Positions 8,801 to 17,591 of a DNA stretch of 64,000 nucleotides are shown here, piece by piece; the first letter of the stretch is position 1; each line of letters starts with the position of its first letter. The stretch covers positions 1 through 64,000 of the IMG/VR virus record IMGVR_UViG_3300046007_007028, one strand, 5' to 3'. Below the pieces are notes generated by a model. It made no database searches and was not told the DNA's origin. It was given only the letters and a program-made list of their open reading frames with translations. The stretch comes from a virus. The position numbers and the translations under genes were made by a program.

Positions 8801-9370
8801 TTATTTCCGGATGAAGTCAAAGGGTACGTATCCATCCTTCTGATCTGGAAAAACCATCGCCGGCATAAAAAAAATCTCAGCCTCGAAATCGCAGTACATT
8901 GGCACAACGCAAATGCCTTTGTTTGGGGAAAAGATTCGCAAAGAACCCATTTTTGCCCCTACTGACCTCAAGCCCCTTGCAAGAATGTTTGGCTCTATTC
9001 CAACCCATTCAATCGGCTGCTGCACCATATTCTCCGGCTTTACAACGGCCCTGTAGTCCGGAAACTTCACATCCCATTCCGACCGGATTTCCAGCTTGCC
9101 GTATGTGGTTACGACCATCGCAGTTTCATTCTCCAGCACAAAGTCAATGCAGTCATCCGAACACCAGAACTTCCATGTTTTTCGATGAATCATCATTCCG
9201 TTGATTTTAGCCAGAATCTCATCCGGAATCATCTCCAGTTTGACTTTGACCAAAACATGAGCGTCCGTCGCAACGGCATATTCGCCGTCAATGAACACGC
9301 AATTATAGGCTGCCAATACTTTTACGTTTGAGCAAGCCAGATGCAGAGGTGGTAGATTCAATTTTTTCAT
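8801..9370 (-). CDS. Sliding-clamp (DnaN)-like protein, truncated
   Basis: AVATDAHVL and KFPDYRAVV resemble DnaN ATDGHRL / FPDY motifs; only 189 aa. Confidence 0.55.
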   Translation of the reverse strand: MKKLNLPPLHLACSNVKVLAAYNCVFIDGEYAVATDAHVLVKVKLEMIPDEILAKINGMMIHRKTWKFWCSDDCIDFVLENETAMVVTTYGKLEIRSEWDVKFPDYRAVVKPENMVQQPIEWVGIEPNILARGLRSVGAKMGSLRIFSPNKGICVVPMYCDFEAEIFFMPAMVFPDQKDGYVPFDFIRK

Positions 9371-9424
9371 GCTACAAAATGAACATGTCTATACCTGTGG
9401 TCAAAAAGCGTTCGATGAGCAAAC

Positions 9425-9456
9425 AAAAAAGCCCGACCAATTACGGACGGGCTTTT
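9425..9456 (-). terminator. Intrinsic terminator (possibly bidirectional)
   Basis: A6-GCCCG...CGGGC-T4. Confidence 0.75.
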
Positions 9457-9474
9457 GAATGGGAAAAGGGGAAC

Positions 9475-9789
9475 CTATTTGCCTTTCAGCTCTGGCTTGC
9501 CAGCAACAGGGTTCAACGAAACCGCTTGCTGGGTATAAACCGAAATGAACAACTTCTTCAATACCTGATCGCCCCTTTCCAGCTTGATTACGCAATCCCC
9601 GAAAGACAAAGCCTTAATCTTTGCCTTCGTGCCCTCTGCCACAATATCGAGAACGCTGTCGTTGTTAAAGAAAAACTCAACAGGCTCCGTTTCTTCCGGC
9701 AGATTGATTGTGAATGCCTCCCCAACAAGAACATCAACCTTCTCAACATCAAAGGCCGTTACGTTGGGGAAAATGAAATTGGCCTTCAT
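9475..9789 (-). CDS. Small beta-rich (Ig-like) protein
   Basis: Alternating beta-strand pattern; C-terminus AVSLNPVAGKPELK resembles that of its neighbour. Confidence 0.6.
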   Translation of the reverse strand: MKANFIFPNVTAFDVEKVDVLVGEAFTINLPEETEPVEFFFNNDSVLDIVAEGTKAKIKALSFGDCVIKLERGDQVLKKLFISVYTQQAVSLNPVAGKPELKGK

Positions 9790-9791
9790 GA

Positions 9792-10109
9792 TTACTTAGG
9801 CTCAGGCGTCCCAACGGTGATTCCCAAAGAAGCCGCAAGCGGAGTGGTCACCGCCAAAGTAATGGTTTCGCCAATCTCAACAATGCCTTCTCCAAGGTCA
9901 GCGTCAGCAACAACGGCAAATTCGGAAATGCCAGGCTCGCCAGAAATCAAGGTTGCAGAGAGTCCGTCTTCGGAAACCTCAAGGGTTGCGTCGCCAGAAA
10001 TTTTTGTCCATACCGGATTCTCAACCTGTGCTGGGTTTTCAGCAGCGGTCTTAGGGGAAAGAACAACAGGAATTTTTTGCTCGGAAGTAATGCTAATTAC
10101 AGATGCCAT
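9792..10109 (-). CDS. Small Ig-like (Big-type) protein
   Basis: PVWTKISGDATLEVSEDGLSATL pattern; C-terminus AASLGITVGTPEPK. Confidence 0.65.
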   Translation of the reverse strand: MASVISITSEQKIPVVLSPKTAAENPAQVENPVWTKISGDATLEVSEDGLSATLISGEPGISEFAVVADADLGEGIVEIGETITLAVTTPLAASLGITVGTPEPK

Positions 10110-10208
10110 GTTTTTGCGTGTGTTAAAAGATTTGGTCCGCAAAATAACCCTTCCACTATTACCCCTAAAATATTTTTATGGCATTGTTTTTAGGTGCGGA
10201 TTGGATAT

Positions 10209-10240
10209 AAAAAAACCGCCTGAATCTCAAGCGGCCTTTT
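10209..10240 (-). terminator. Intrinsic terminator
   Basis: Minus strand GCCGCTTGA...AGGCGG-T7. Confidence 0.75.
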
Positions 10241-10272
10241 AAAAACAATCATAAACCCTAAGCAATCGTTTG

Positions 10273-10491
10273 TCAAAATAAATCCTTCTCCATCCCCGCC
10301 TTCAACCCCTCCCACTTGTCCCCGTACACAATCTTGCCGATTTCATCGAGGTTGCGGGATAGCTCTGCGAAGAGTTCTTTTGCCGTCTTGCCGTCCACAA
10401 ACATATCATTCAAAGTTTTATCCGGCTTGAATAAAGTGTGACAGAGGAACCCAAAGTGGGCCGTGAATATGTCTTTTTGGTCTGGGGTCAT
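10273..10491 (-). CDS. Hypothetical protein
   Basis: ATGA-coupled chain of ORFs. Confidence 0.65.
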   Translation of the reverse strand: MTPDQKDIFTAHFGFLCHTLFKPDKTLNDMFVDGKTAKELFAELSRNLDEIGKIVYGDKWEGLKAGMEKDLF

Positions 10492-10715
10492 TCTCCTTTC
10501 AAAACTTGTTTACAAAAATCAATTACTTTTTTCTCAATGTCCCTTTGAGCCTTCTCCAGACTCCGCCACTTTTTGCCTTCGGGGAAGAAATGAAAAGTGG
10601 GGCTGGTATGGGCGTGCCAATACCCTTGTTCCTGATGAATTTGAAAAAGAACCGTTTGGCCCTGCATAAGCCAAAATTCGGGGTAGGGTTGCAAGGTCAT
10701 GTCGAGCCAAGTCAT
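10488..10715 (-). CDS. Hypothetical protein
   Basis: ATGA-coupled. Confidence 0.65.
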   Translation of the reverse strand: MTWLDMTLQPYPEFWLMQGQTVLFQIHQEQGYWHAHTSPTFHFFPEGKKWRSLEKAQRDIEKKVIDFCKQVLKGE

Positions 10716-11110
10716 AACTCAATCTTTTTCGGGAATGGGTTTTCGAGTGCGATATTTTGCCAATTCGTTGCTTCGTTACTTATATTTTGAACTCTAAAGC
10801 CCCTTTCTTTTGTTTTCCCAATAAAATAACCGCAAGCAGTTACTTTCGGCTTTTCAACCTCCCCATCCCAGCAATAAACAAAAGTGCCCGGTTCCGGCAA
10901 TACTTCCGGCCTACGGACCTCGTAGGGTTCGGGGAAGAGGGTTGGGACGCACTTAGAAGAAATAGCCCCGTTCTCATTATAAGAGAAAAATTCTCCTATA
11001 AAAAATACATGGGTTCGATATTCTTTAATTTCTTTCACCTCCCCTTCCACCCCAGGAAACAGGGCCTCGTCGTAAACCTTTTGGCCGACATAGAATTTTG
11101 TGTGTTCCAT
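10712..11110 (-). CDS. Hypothetical phage protein (start MEHTKFYVGQKV)
   Basis: Internal ATG 11110 is the likely start; the upstream extension covers a structured non-coding segment. Confidence 0.7.
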   Translation of the reverse strand: MEHTKFYVGQKVYDEALFPGVEGEVKEIKEYRTHVFFIGEFFSYNENGAISSKCVPTLFPEPYEVRRPEVLPEPGTFVYCWDGEVEKPKVTACGYFIGKTKERGFRVQNISNEATNWQNIALENPFPKKIEL

Positions 11111-11180
11111 GTGAGCAAACCTACCACCTGTCCGGAAATCCCGGACAACTGTTTCGATGGATGTATCAATTTCCCCGATA

Positions 11181-11315
11181 AACAAAAAACGCCCCCAGTG
11201 GAAGCGTCGTTTGCTCGTTTTCAAACAGTATGAATCTATAAGAACGCTTGCCTTTCGGCATTGTAGGCCACGTCGTCGACAACGTAAGCCCGGCACCACC
11301 TCCGAAAAGGTTCGA
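11181..11315 (-). ncRNA. Structured small RNA or attenuator leader
   Basis: Promoter TACATTTG at 11325-11318; CCUU-UUCG-GAGG hairpin, GGCU.ACGUUG/CGACGUGGCC hairpin, UGCC-GAAA-GGCA hairpin, terminator GACGCUUCC/GGGGGCGUU-U. Confidence 0.55.
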
Positions 11316-11389
11316 GGCAAATGTAGCACATCAAATCTGAAATCAATTACCCCCATTCGACGAAACGACGGGAATGCTCGATGGGTGGG

Positions 11390-11812
11390 TTATACTTCTT
11401 TGATTGAAATGCCATGCACCTGCTTCATCAGTTTTCGCTTGGCAATATAGGTGCTGAGTTTTTTTGTTGCCTCAGACTTAACATCTTCCACCACCAGTTC
11501 CCCAGTTGCTTGTATTCGGTACACAAAATCGGCAAAATAGGACATTTTGCGTTCACCCTTTTGTGCCGGGACCAGCACAAACTCAACCTGTCGCTCAGGC
11601 AAAGTTATTTCGCCAATTTTCACCAAAAGCATAAGCTCCCGATACCGATTGTACTCTTTTTTGGAGTCAAAAGTCATGCCGTCATACAAGACTTTTTCGT
11701 TGTTATACTTCGCTCGCCTTGCCTTGCCCTTCTTAACTTCAAGCAGATGGCTGTTTTCCGGCCTTTTGGCGGCCTCTGACTTGCGAAACGACTCAATGTC
11801 CCATCCTTTCAT
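11390..11812 (-). CDS. DUF1064-family PD-(D/E)xK nuclease
   Basis: KYNNEKVLYDGMTFDSKKEYNRY, YFADFVY, VVEDVKS. Confidence 0.88.
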   Translation of the reverse strand: MKGWDIESFRKSEAAKRPENSHLLEVKKGKARRAKYNNEKVLYDGMTFDSKKEYNRYRELMLLVKIGEITLPERQVEFVLVPAQKGERKMSYFADFVYRIQATGELVVEDVKSEATKKLSTYIAKRKLMKQVHGISIKEV

Positions 11813-12464
11813 TTGCGTTCGTTGTAGGGGCTAATAGAGGCTTTCGTTGGGCAGCGGGATGATATTTGGCTCCAATTGGCTGTACTTCAATTTTCCAAAT
11901 ATACTTGCCTTTATACATTCTGTTGTCTTTTATGCAGTTCATTACTGTTCTTTGGTTTGTTCCCGTTTGTTTATACAATGATTTAAAGGATTCGTATTCC
12001 TCTAATAAAACCCCGCTAGAATCGTATTTAAAGACTTTAGTTCTTCTGCGAGTTTTTTCTAGGCTTTTTGCATTTTCTCTCCCATGCAGATACCCTAGTT
12101 GCCTCATTCTTTCTGCCGCCTTTTTTCTGGAATTATCCATAATCCCCGTATCAAAAGCGTGTCTCATATTTTCGGACAAGGTAGTCCACTCCAAATTGCT
12201 TGCGCAATTATTCTTTTTGTTGCCGTCTTTGTGATTGACCTGTGGCTTGTTTTCTGGGTTCGGAATAAAATGCAACGCCACTAATCTATGAATTGTTCCT
12301 CTTTTGTTTTTGCCGCCAACCCACATATTAAAATATTCATACCCGTTTTTGCCAAAGTTTGTTTTTGAACTTTTTTGATTTGTTGATCTAAAGTTGCCAA
12401 GGTCTGAAATTTCATAAAGACCGTTTGAGTTTTTTACACTTACCCATTTTTCTTGCGTTTCCAT
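11793..12464 (-). CDS. NUMOD4-HNH-NUMOD1 homing endonuclease
   Basis: YEISDLGNFRS; IHRLVALHFIPNPENKPQVNHKDGNKKNNCASNLEW. Confidence 0.92.
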   Translation of the reverse strand: METQEKWVSVKNSNGLYEISDLGNFRSTNQKSSKTNFGKNGYEYFNMWVGGKNKRGTIHRLVALHFIPNPENKPQVNHKDGNKKNNCASNLEWTTLSENMRHAFDTGIMDNSRKKAAERMRQLGYLHGRENAKSLEKTRRRTKVFKYDSSGVLLEEYESFKSLYKQTGTNQRTVMNCIKDNRMYKGKYIWKIEVQPIGAKYHPAAQRKPLLAPTTNANERMGH

Positions 12465-12573
12465 AAAATGAAAGACCCCGAACTCAAACGCTGCTACACA
12501 TTCAAATCCGAGGTCAGTTGTTGGTTGTTAAACCAATATTTTTTTGCTGGTAGCAGACAGCAATACAAAGGTA
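12465..12573 (-). promoter_or_regulatory. Promoter plus kissing-loop leader (copy 1)
   Basis: TACCTTTG; UUGCUG[UCUGCUAC]CAGCAA; 17-bp GU-rich hairpin 12515-12474 with loop UGUAGCAG. Confidence 0.7.
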
Positions 12574-12574
12574 A

Positions 12575-12967
12575 TTAATCTCCTGAATATTCATTGGGAA
12601 GTTTTAAAAGAATTGAATACTCCGAGAGTGCCCACGTCCGGATTGCTTCGTGATAATCTTCGGCTTGTAAGGTGTTAAAGTCTTTTGTTGAACCACCAAA
12701 CACCATTAGTTCGCCTGTTATTTTATTCAACCGCTCCACAGGGTTAAATCGCTTTTTCAGCTCTTCGTGCATCTCCGATGGAAAATATCCGAAACATTCT
12801 GCCAATGGGTTGACAATGCAGGCGAAGTAATAGCCCCGTTGCGAATCACTGCGCTTTTTGCGCCACTTTTTGATCTGAATGACATTGCGGCCTTTCAGGG
12901 CTTTGAGGACAGCGTAGAGCCGGCGCTTGTCCGGCTCTTTGTCGAAATCAATGATTAAATCGACCAT
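12575..12967 (-). CDS. NinB/YbcN-like recombination protein
   Basis: KKRSDSQRGYYF...EMHEELK...STKDFN...YHEAIRTWA. Confidence 0.7.
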   Translation of the reverse strand: MVDLIIDFDKEPDKRRLYAVLKALKGRNVIQIKKWRKKRSDSQRGYYFACIVNPLAECFGYFPSEMHEELKKRFNPVERLNKITGELMVFGGSTKDFNTLQAEDYHEAIRTWALSEYSILLKLPNEYSGD

Positions 12968-13472
12968 GGTGGTATGGAGTAATGATGTTTTTAGCCCCGT
13001 GTTCAAACCGGGCTTGTTTTGAAAGAGACAAAGCGTATTCCATGGCTGGATGATTGTCGGAACCCATATTCCCAAAGTACATAATCCCAAACTTGCCGCG
13101 TATCTCATCAGCAAAAGCCCAGCCTTCCGCGCTCCTTACGTCTCCGTTGTTCCCTTCTCTCCAAAACAGGAAATTGGGGTTTTCGCTTGGCGGCCCGACA
13201 AAAAGCAAGAGGAACTTTCCGCTTTCGTCGACGAAGTCCCGGTGCTTTGAGTCCTTTTCAAAGTTTGATGGCTTTACCTCTCCGAAGGCGTCGTACCTGG
13301 GGAAGTAGAAGTCTGGTAGATACAAATCTCCACTCGAAAGGGCATAGCCCTCAAGTTCGTACTCCCATTTTACCCCAAGGGCGTCAAAATAGATTGCCCA
13401 ACGGGCCTCGGTCCTACTTCGGAAACGGTAGCCCCTGTATTGCGTTTCGATGGCTTTGATTTGCTGTTCCAT
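12948..13472 (-). CDS. Restriction-fold nuclease-like phage protein
   Basis: YRGYRFRSRTEARWAIYFD, WEYE.EGY, YLPDFY, EVKP. Confidence 0.75.
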   Translation of the reverse strand: MEQQIKAIETQYRGYRFRSRTEARWAIYFDALGVKWEYELEGYALSSGDLYLPDFYFPRYDAFGEVKPSNFEKDSKHRDFVDESGKFLLLFVGPPSENPNFLFWREGNNGDVRSAEGWAFADEIRGKFGIMYFGNMGSDNHPAMEYALSLSKQARFEHGAKNIITPYHHGRFNH

Positions 13473-13477
13473 GGTTT

Positions 13478-15451
13478 TTAGAAAGGTGCTTTTTCGTTGG
13501 AATTAAAATCAATCTTGCCCATATCGGGCACCACGGGCATAAATAGCGGCTGCGATTCAAAATTCAAGGTTCGCTCCATGGCACTGACCGCGTTCATGGC
13601 ACTGACTTTTTGCTCCGGAATGCTTACGTCGTAGTCCTCGTGTTCAAACTTGAAGGATATGCCACGTAGCTTCATTGCGTCTGCCATCGGGTCCCGGTCC
13701 CCATCAAAAATGTACCTACGCTTGCTATTGTGGTAATGAAACTCCGAATACCCAAGCTTGCCAACCACGTATTGCCGTTTGATTTTTTTAGCATGGAACT
13801 CGCAAAGGGTGTTGTTTGGTTCTTCCTGGTGTAATGGTCGGTGGTAAATCAGAATGTTATCCATCTTGTTTGCCCACATAGACCCTCCGGTGATGGAATA
13901 GTGGTCAGGGCACGGGAAATTGTTCCTCCCGTTCTTTTGCGGCTTTGTTGGGTGGGCCACAATAATGACCGAAATGTTGTTGTCCTGAGCAAACCGGGTC
14001 ATGTTGCCCAAAAATCCCTCCAAATACCGGTGATCCTGATCCCCGGAATACTGGTGGGCAAGTTGATTGTAGGGGTCAATAATGCAGGCGCAAACCTTTT
14101 CCTTCATAATCACCTGAAGAAAAATGCCCTTTATGTGGTCGGGAGTAGGCATTGCTTCTTTGGGGTAGACAAAGAAGATGTATTGGTTTAAGAACATGAT
14201 TGCGGCCCTGTATTCGTCCTCCGTAGGTCCTCCGGGCACGTTTGGCGTACAAATCTTGCCAATCAACATCTCGGCAAGGTGGTGGTAAAACTCCTCGGCG
14301 GGGCAATCTTCGGGCGGGAACAGGGCAAATTTGCGCTTATACAAAATCACCTGCATAAGCATATACCACTTCAAAAACTGGCTTTTACCGTAGTTGGCAT
14401 ACCCCGACAAAAGCGTAAGTTCCTTCATTTTGAGCTTAAAGTGGCGGTCTACTTCCGGAACATTTATCCCCGAAACCGATTCAAAGCCGTTTCTCCAAAT
14501 GTTGACGGCATCCTCAATAACATCTTCGGCATAAATTACGTCTTTGATTTTCTCTTGAAGGTCAATTTCATCCGGAATTTGCTGTACGGGGGCCTCCGCG
14601 CCAGTTGTTTTGTTTTGAAGGCGGTTGTTTACAAAGTGGCAGGTTCCAAAGTCTTTTTGAGCCACCTTCCAAGCCTTTGCCGTAATGTCATTGGCTATTT
14701 CGGGGTCAGAGGGCAGGTAGTTGACGGTGATGTAGTAGGCAACGTCCGATTCTGGCAGCCCAAACCGGCAGCAGGAGCAGGCAAGGCGGAAAAGAAAGTT
14801 GTTTCTGTTGCCGTCGACGTATTGCTGACTTCGCTGATTCCAGATCAAAAGGTTCTTGAATATCTTTTCCTGCTCGGTAATGGGCTCGCCCATCATCATT
14901 TGCGACACTTGTTCTGGCACTTTATACACCTTCACCTTTGTGAACACCTTGGCGTTTGGATTCACGTAAATCTTGCTGTCGCAGCTTTCGTAGCACACCC
15001 TTGCCACATTGCGGCACATCTTGTCCATATCAGGGAAAACGGACAAAAGGGCGTCAAAATGGGCTGTATGCTTGTCTGGGTCGGAAATCTTAACCAAAGC
15101 TTTGAGCCCGTTGCCGGACGGGGACAGCCAAAGGGCGTAAATAATTTCATTTCGCTGAAGCTCCTGTTTTTTTTCTTCCAGAGCTGGGCCTTCAAGGCGG
15201 TCAAAATCAAGGCAAATAAGCCCTGAGTGCTTTTTCACCAACAAATTCTTGCGTCTACCCTCAAAAACGCCTGAAAACATGACGCAGGGCAGCCGGCGCT
15301 TTATTTCGTTTTGCTCAACCTTGGTTTTTGCCTCCCTCACCCGCTTTATGAGCGGCCAGCTTTTGCCGGTTTTTATGCGCTCGAAAGCTTCTTCGGGCGT
15401 TATGGTGTGGCTTACGGCGTCCTCGACCCCGTTGTAGTAGATGGAAATCAT
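13478..15451 (-). CDS. Primase-helicase (BT4734/VirE-N primase, PriCT, SF4 helicase)
   Basis: HSGLICLDFD, SPSGNGLKALV, GNRNNFLF, Walker A SGYANYGKS, IIDPYNQL, IIVAHPTK. Confidence 0.9.
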   Translation of the reverse strand: MISIYYNGVEDAVSHTITPEEAFERIKTGKSWPLIKRVREAKTKVEQNEIKRRLPCVMFSGVFEGRRKNLLVKKHSGLICLDFDRLEGPALEEKKQELQRNEIIYALWLSPSGNGLKALVKISDPDKHTAHFDALLSVFPDMDKMCRNVARVCYESCDSKIYVNPNAKVFTKVKVYKVPEQVSQMMMGEPITEQEKIFKNLLIWNQRSQQYVDGNRNNFLFRLACSCCRFGLPESDVAYYITVNYLPSDPEIANDITAKAWKVAQKDFGTCHFVNNRLQNKTTGAEAPVQQIPDEIDLQEKIKDVIYAEDVIEDAVNIWRNGFESVSGINVPEVDRHFKLKMKELTLLSGYANYGKSQFLKWYMLMQVILYKRKFALFPPEDCPAEEFYHHLAEMLIGKICTPNVPGGPTEDEYRAAIMFLNQYIFFVYPKEAMPTPDHIKGIFLQVIMKEKVCACIIDPYNQLAHQYSGDQDHRYLEGFLGNMTRFAQDNNISVIIVAHPTKPQKNGRNNFPCPDHYSITGGSMWANKMDNILIYHRPLHQEEPNNTLCEFHAKKIKRQYVVGKLGYSEFHYHNSKRRYIFDGDRDPMADAMKLRGISFKFEHEDYDVSIPEQKVSAMNAVSAMERTLNFESQPLFMPVVPDMGKIDFNSNEKAPF

Positions 15452-15455
15452 GAGT

Positions 15456-16274
15456 TTAAATTTCGGCTAAGATTTCGAGGTTGTGGGTCCGGCAATACTG
15501 CTCGTACTCTTGGTAGGAGTCAAAGGTCATTTGAATTTCACGTGGTTTGAGGTTTTGAAGGGGGTGTTTTTTGGGTAAAGCCGGAATATCGGATTCTTTT
15601 GATTGATACGTCCCGTTACGGCTTTTTTCATTTCTATGCCACGTAGCAAGTCTTTTTGGCAAGTCCCAGAACTTTTCTTTTTCATACCGGAATGCAGTGG
15701 CGGATTTGTTTTGCTCGGTCCAATAAGCAAAAAACGCATTAAGCATTTCACGCCCATAGGTCTCTACAAACGGAACCAGTGTTTCTTTGAACTTATCCTT
15801 TCGCTCATTCAAACTTGGCTTTGCCTTGGGTGTGGAAGCAACCGCCGGTTGCGGTGCAATCACTATAGGTTCTAAGGTTATAGGTTCTAAGGTTATAGGT
15901 TTATCTATACTACTACTGCTTTCGCCTGTGCTTTCTATCTGCTTTATCAAGTGCTTTGCAAGTGCTTTCGTATGTGCTTTGTCAAATTTTAACAAAGCAA
16001 TTATGTTTGCAGTGTATTGATTTTTGCTTTCCTGAATCATTTCTATTGCCCCCAATTCCACCAATTCAGAGAGGGCTTTTTTGTAGGTGTTATAGGACTT
16101 TATCCCAATAGCCTCCATTGCTTCGGATGCCGGGAATCCAAACTTTGGCTTTTGGCTCATCCGGTTCCACTTTTCAATGGCCCACATATAAAGGGCCGTG
16201 GTTGTCGGGGAGTTTAGGTCCGGGTTTTCAAACGCCCAGTCGAACCAGTTCTTTGATAGTTCGTATCCAGTCAT
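15456..16274 (-). CDS. Phage replication initiator-like protein (wHTH, lambda O/DnaD-like)
   Basis: N-terminal wHTH (YNTYKKALSELVELGAIE), internal repeat region, C-terminal FFAYW...RLATW domain. Confidence 0.75.
   Translation of the reverse strand: MTGYELSKNWFDWAFENPDLNSPTTTALYMWAIEKWNRMSQKPKFGFPASEAMEAIGIKSYNTYKKALSELVELGAIEMIQESKNQYTANIIALLKFDKAHTKALAKHLIKQIESTGESSSSIDKPITLEPITLEPIVIAPQPAVASTPKAKPSLNERKDKFKETLVPFVETYGREMLNAFFAYWTEQNKSATAFRYEKEKFWDLPKRLATWHRNEKSRNGTYQSKESDIPALPKKHPLQNLKPREIQMTFDSYQEYEQYCRTHNLEILAEI
15864..15982. repeat. Iteron-like array (candidate origin) inside the initiator gene
   Basis: 15-bp tandem tataggttctaaggt x2.5 (15864-15900); TGCTTT at 15917, 15929, 15940, 15952, 15963 and 15975 (period 11-12). 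Confidence 0.7.
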
Positions 16275-16489
16275 TTCGATTCGGCTGATTTAATAACCCG
16301 GTTCAATTCTTCTACAAACGCCTTTGCCGTATCAACATCCAGCGGCATATAGGTCTTGCTGTATGGTGGTTCGGCGTCATCTGTTTCAATTTTTATAACC
16401 ACTTGGGCTTTGTTATTGACAAAGGCGGAAAGCTCGTATTCGTCGAACCCTTTACTGTTGCTAAAAAATACCCTTATTGAATTTGCCAT
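16271..16489 (-). CDS. Hypothetical protein
   Basis: Coupled to the initiator start. Confidence 0.7.
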   Translation of the reverse strand: MANSIRVFFSNSKGFDEYELSAFVNNKAQVVIKIETDDAEPPYSKTYMPLDVDTAKAFVEELNRVIKSAESK

Positions 16490-16537
16490 TGTTGTAAACT
16501 TTTGTTAACGGAAACGTTTCTTTTAGGAGCCAAAAAA

Positions 16538-16696
16538 TCAACCCTTGAACTGTTTTTTAAGAGCCTCTTGTATGTGAATAGGCATATCCCGGTGCTTGTG
16601 TAGGTAAATCGAAAGCAGGGGCCTTGAAATTCCTACCCGTTTGGCAACCCAGCTTATTTTGAGGCCACGGTTCTTAATTTCTTCTTTGAAATCCAT
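16538..16696 (-). CDS. Cro/XRE-type HTH regulator, 52 aa (not in ORF track)
   Basis: MDFKEEIKNRGLKISWVAKRVGISRPLLSIYL...; TAGATTTG promoter immediately upstream; GTTAACAAAA inverted copies flank the gene. Confidence 0.8.
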   Translation of the reverse strand: MDFKEEIKNRGLKISWVAKRVGISRPLLSIYLHKHRDMPIHIQEALKKQFKG

Positions 16697-16740
16697 GCTG
16701 CAAATCTAATGTTAACAAAATTGTTTATCCAAATTTATTT

Positions 16741-16962
16741 TCACTTCTCCAATCCAACCCCAATCTCCACCCTAACCCCATCATCCACAACCTCAGTGAT
16801 GGTGACGCATCTGGGAGTCATTTCCAGAAAGTCGCTGAATCGCTTTGATCCGGGCAGAAGATCCTCTCCAAATGCCCGAATAGCCCTCACAGGGTACATT
16901 TTCCCCGTTACCCGGCTTTCAACAACACGTCCAAGGCGAATGGTTCCGATGGTGGGTTTCAT
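16741..16962 (-). CDS. Hypothetical protein
   Basis: ATGA-coupled to the RepL stop. Confidence 0.55.
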   Translation of the reverse strand: MKPTIGTIRLGRVVESRVTGKMYPVRAIRAFGEDLLPGSKRFSDFLEMTPRCVTITEVVDDGVRVEIGVGLEK

Positions 16963-17465
16963 GGCTTTTGATTTTCAAAATCATCAATGTCGTTGTCCCT
17001 TGCTTGCTCGAAAGAAACCAAAACGCTTTTGGCCTCCAGCTTCTTTTTGCCCATAGCAGCCCGTTCGTCCGTACCGCCTTTCCAGAATATCTCGTGCGAA
17101 ACGCAATAAGACCCGCCTTCGCCACGAATCAAATCCAGGCCCTTTAACCGACGCAAACTCCGGCTAATCTGCTCCTTGGTCATAACCAAGTCCTCCATCA
17201 TCTTCTTGCGCTTTAAAGCCGTCAAATCAACCTCGCCGGTATTCATTTGAGCCCAGCTACACATCTTAGCCAGCACCTTAAAATCATCGGCATACCGAAT
17301 CTCATAAAACGGGCCCATAAACTGAATGAACGTCATAAAAAACTCATCGGTCCTCACCGGAATGCTATACCGCTTCCGGGTAACCACCTCCCTGACCTCA
17401 CCCGTAAGACGGTCGGTATCCGTCACCGTTTCCTCATTAACCAGCTTTATTCTTGTTCTTGGCAT
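16959..17465 (-). CDS. repL: RepL-like replication protein
   Basis: D.LTGEV N-terminus, wHTH ISRSLRRLK..DLI, GSYCVSHEIFWKG signature; TATCTTTG promoter. Confidence 0.75.
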   Translation of the reverse strand: MPRTRIKLVNEETVTDTDRLTGEVREVVTRKRYSIPVRTDEFFMTFIQFMGPFYEIRYADDFKVLAKMCSWAQMNTGEVDLTALKRKKMMEDLVMTKEQISRSLRRLKGLDLIRGEGGSYCVSHEIFWKGGTDERAAMGKKKLEAKSVLVSFEQARDNDIDDFENQKP

Positions 17466-17467
17466 CT

Positions 17468-17591
17468 GTTGACTAAATAATGCAACAAAGATAATAAATC
17501 CGGAAACAAGTTGTACCGAAAATGTCAACCTGTTGCAATAGAGCGCAAGCGGGATGCGTTCTAATGCAAAACACTCGGTATCCTATTGCAA
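17468..17591. repeat. Degenerate 21-22 bp spaced repeats upstream of repL
   Basis: GTTG...(T/C)G(T)CAA units; tgcaa-like cores at ~17481, 17523, 17544, 17565 and 17587. Confidence 0.55.

Noticed and set aside
9328-10242. 304-aa plus-strand ORF and other long antisense ORFs (e.g. 14279-15226, 50960-52195)
   Set aside because: Shadows of well-supported minus-strand genes; they cross terminators and have no motifs.
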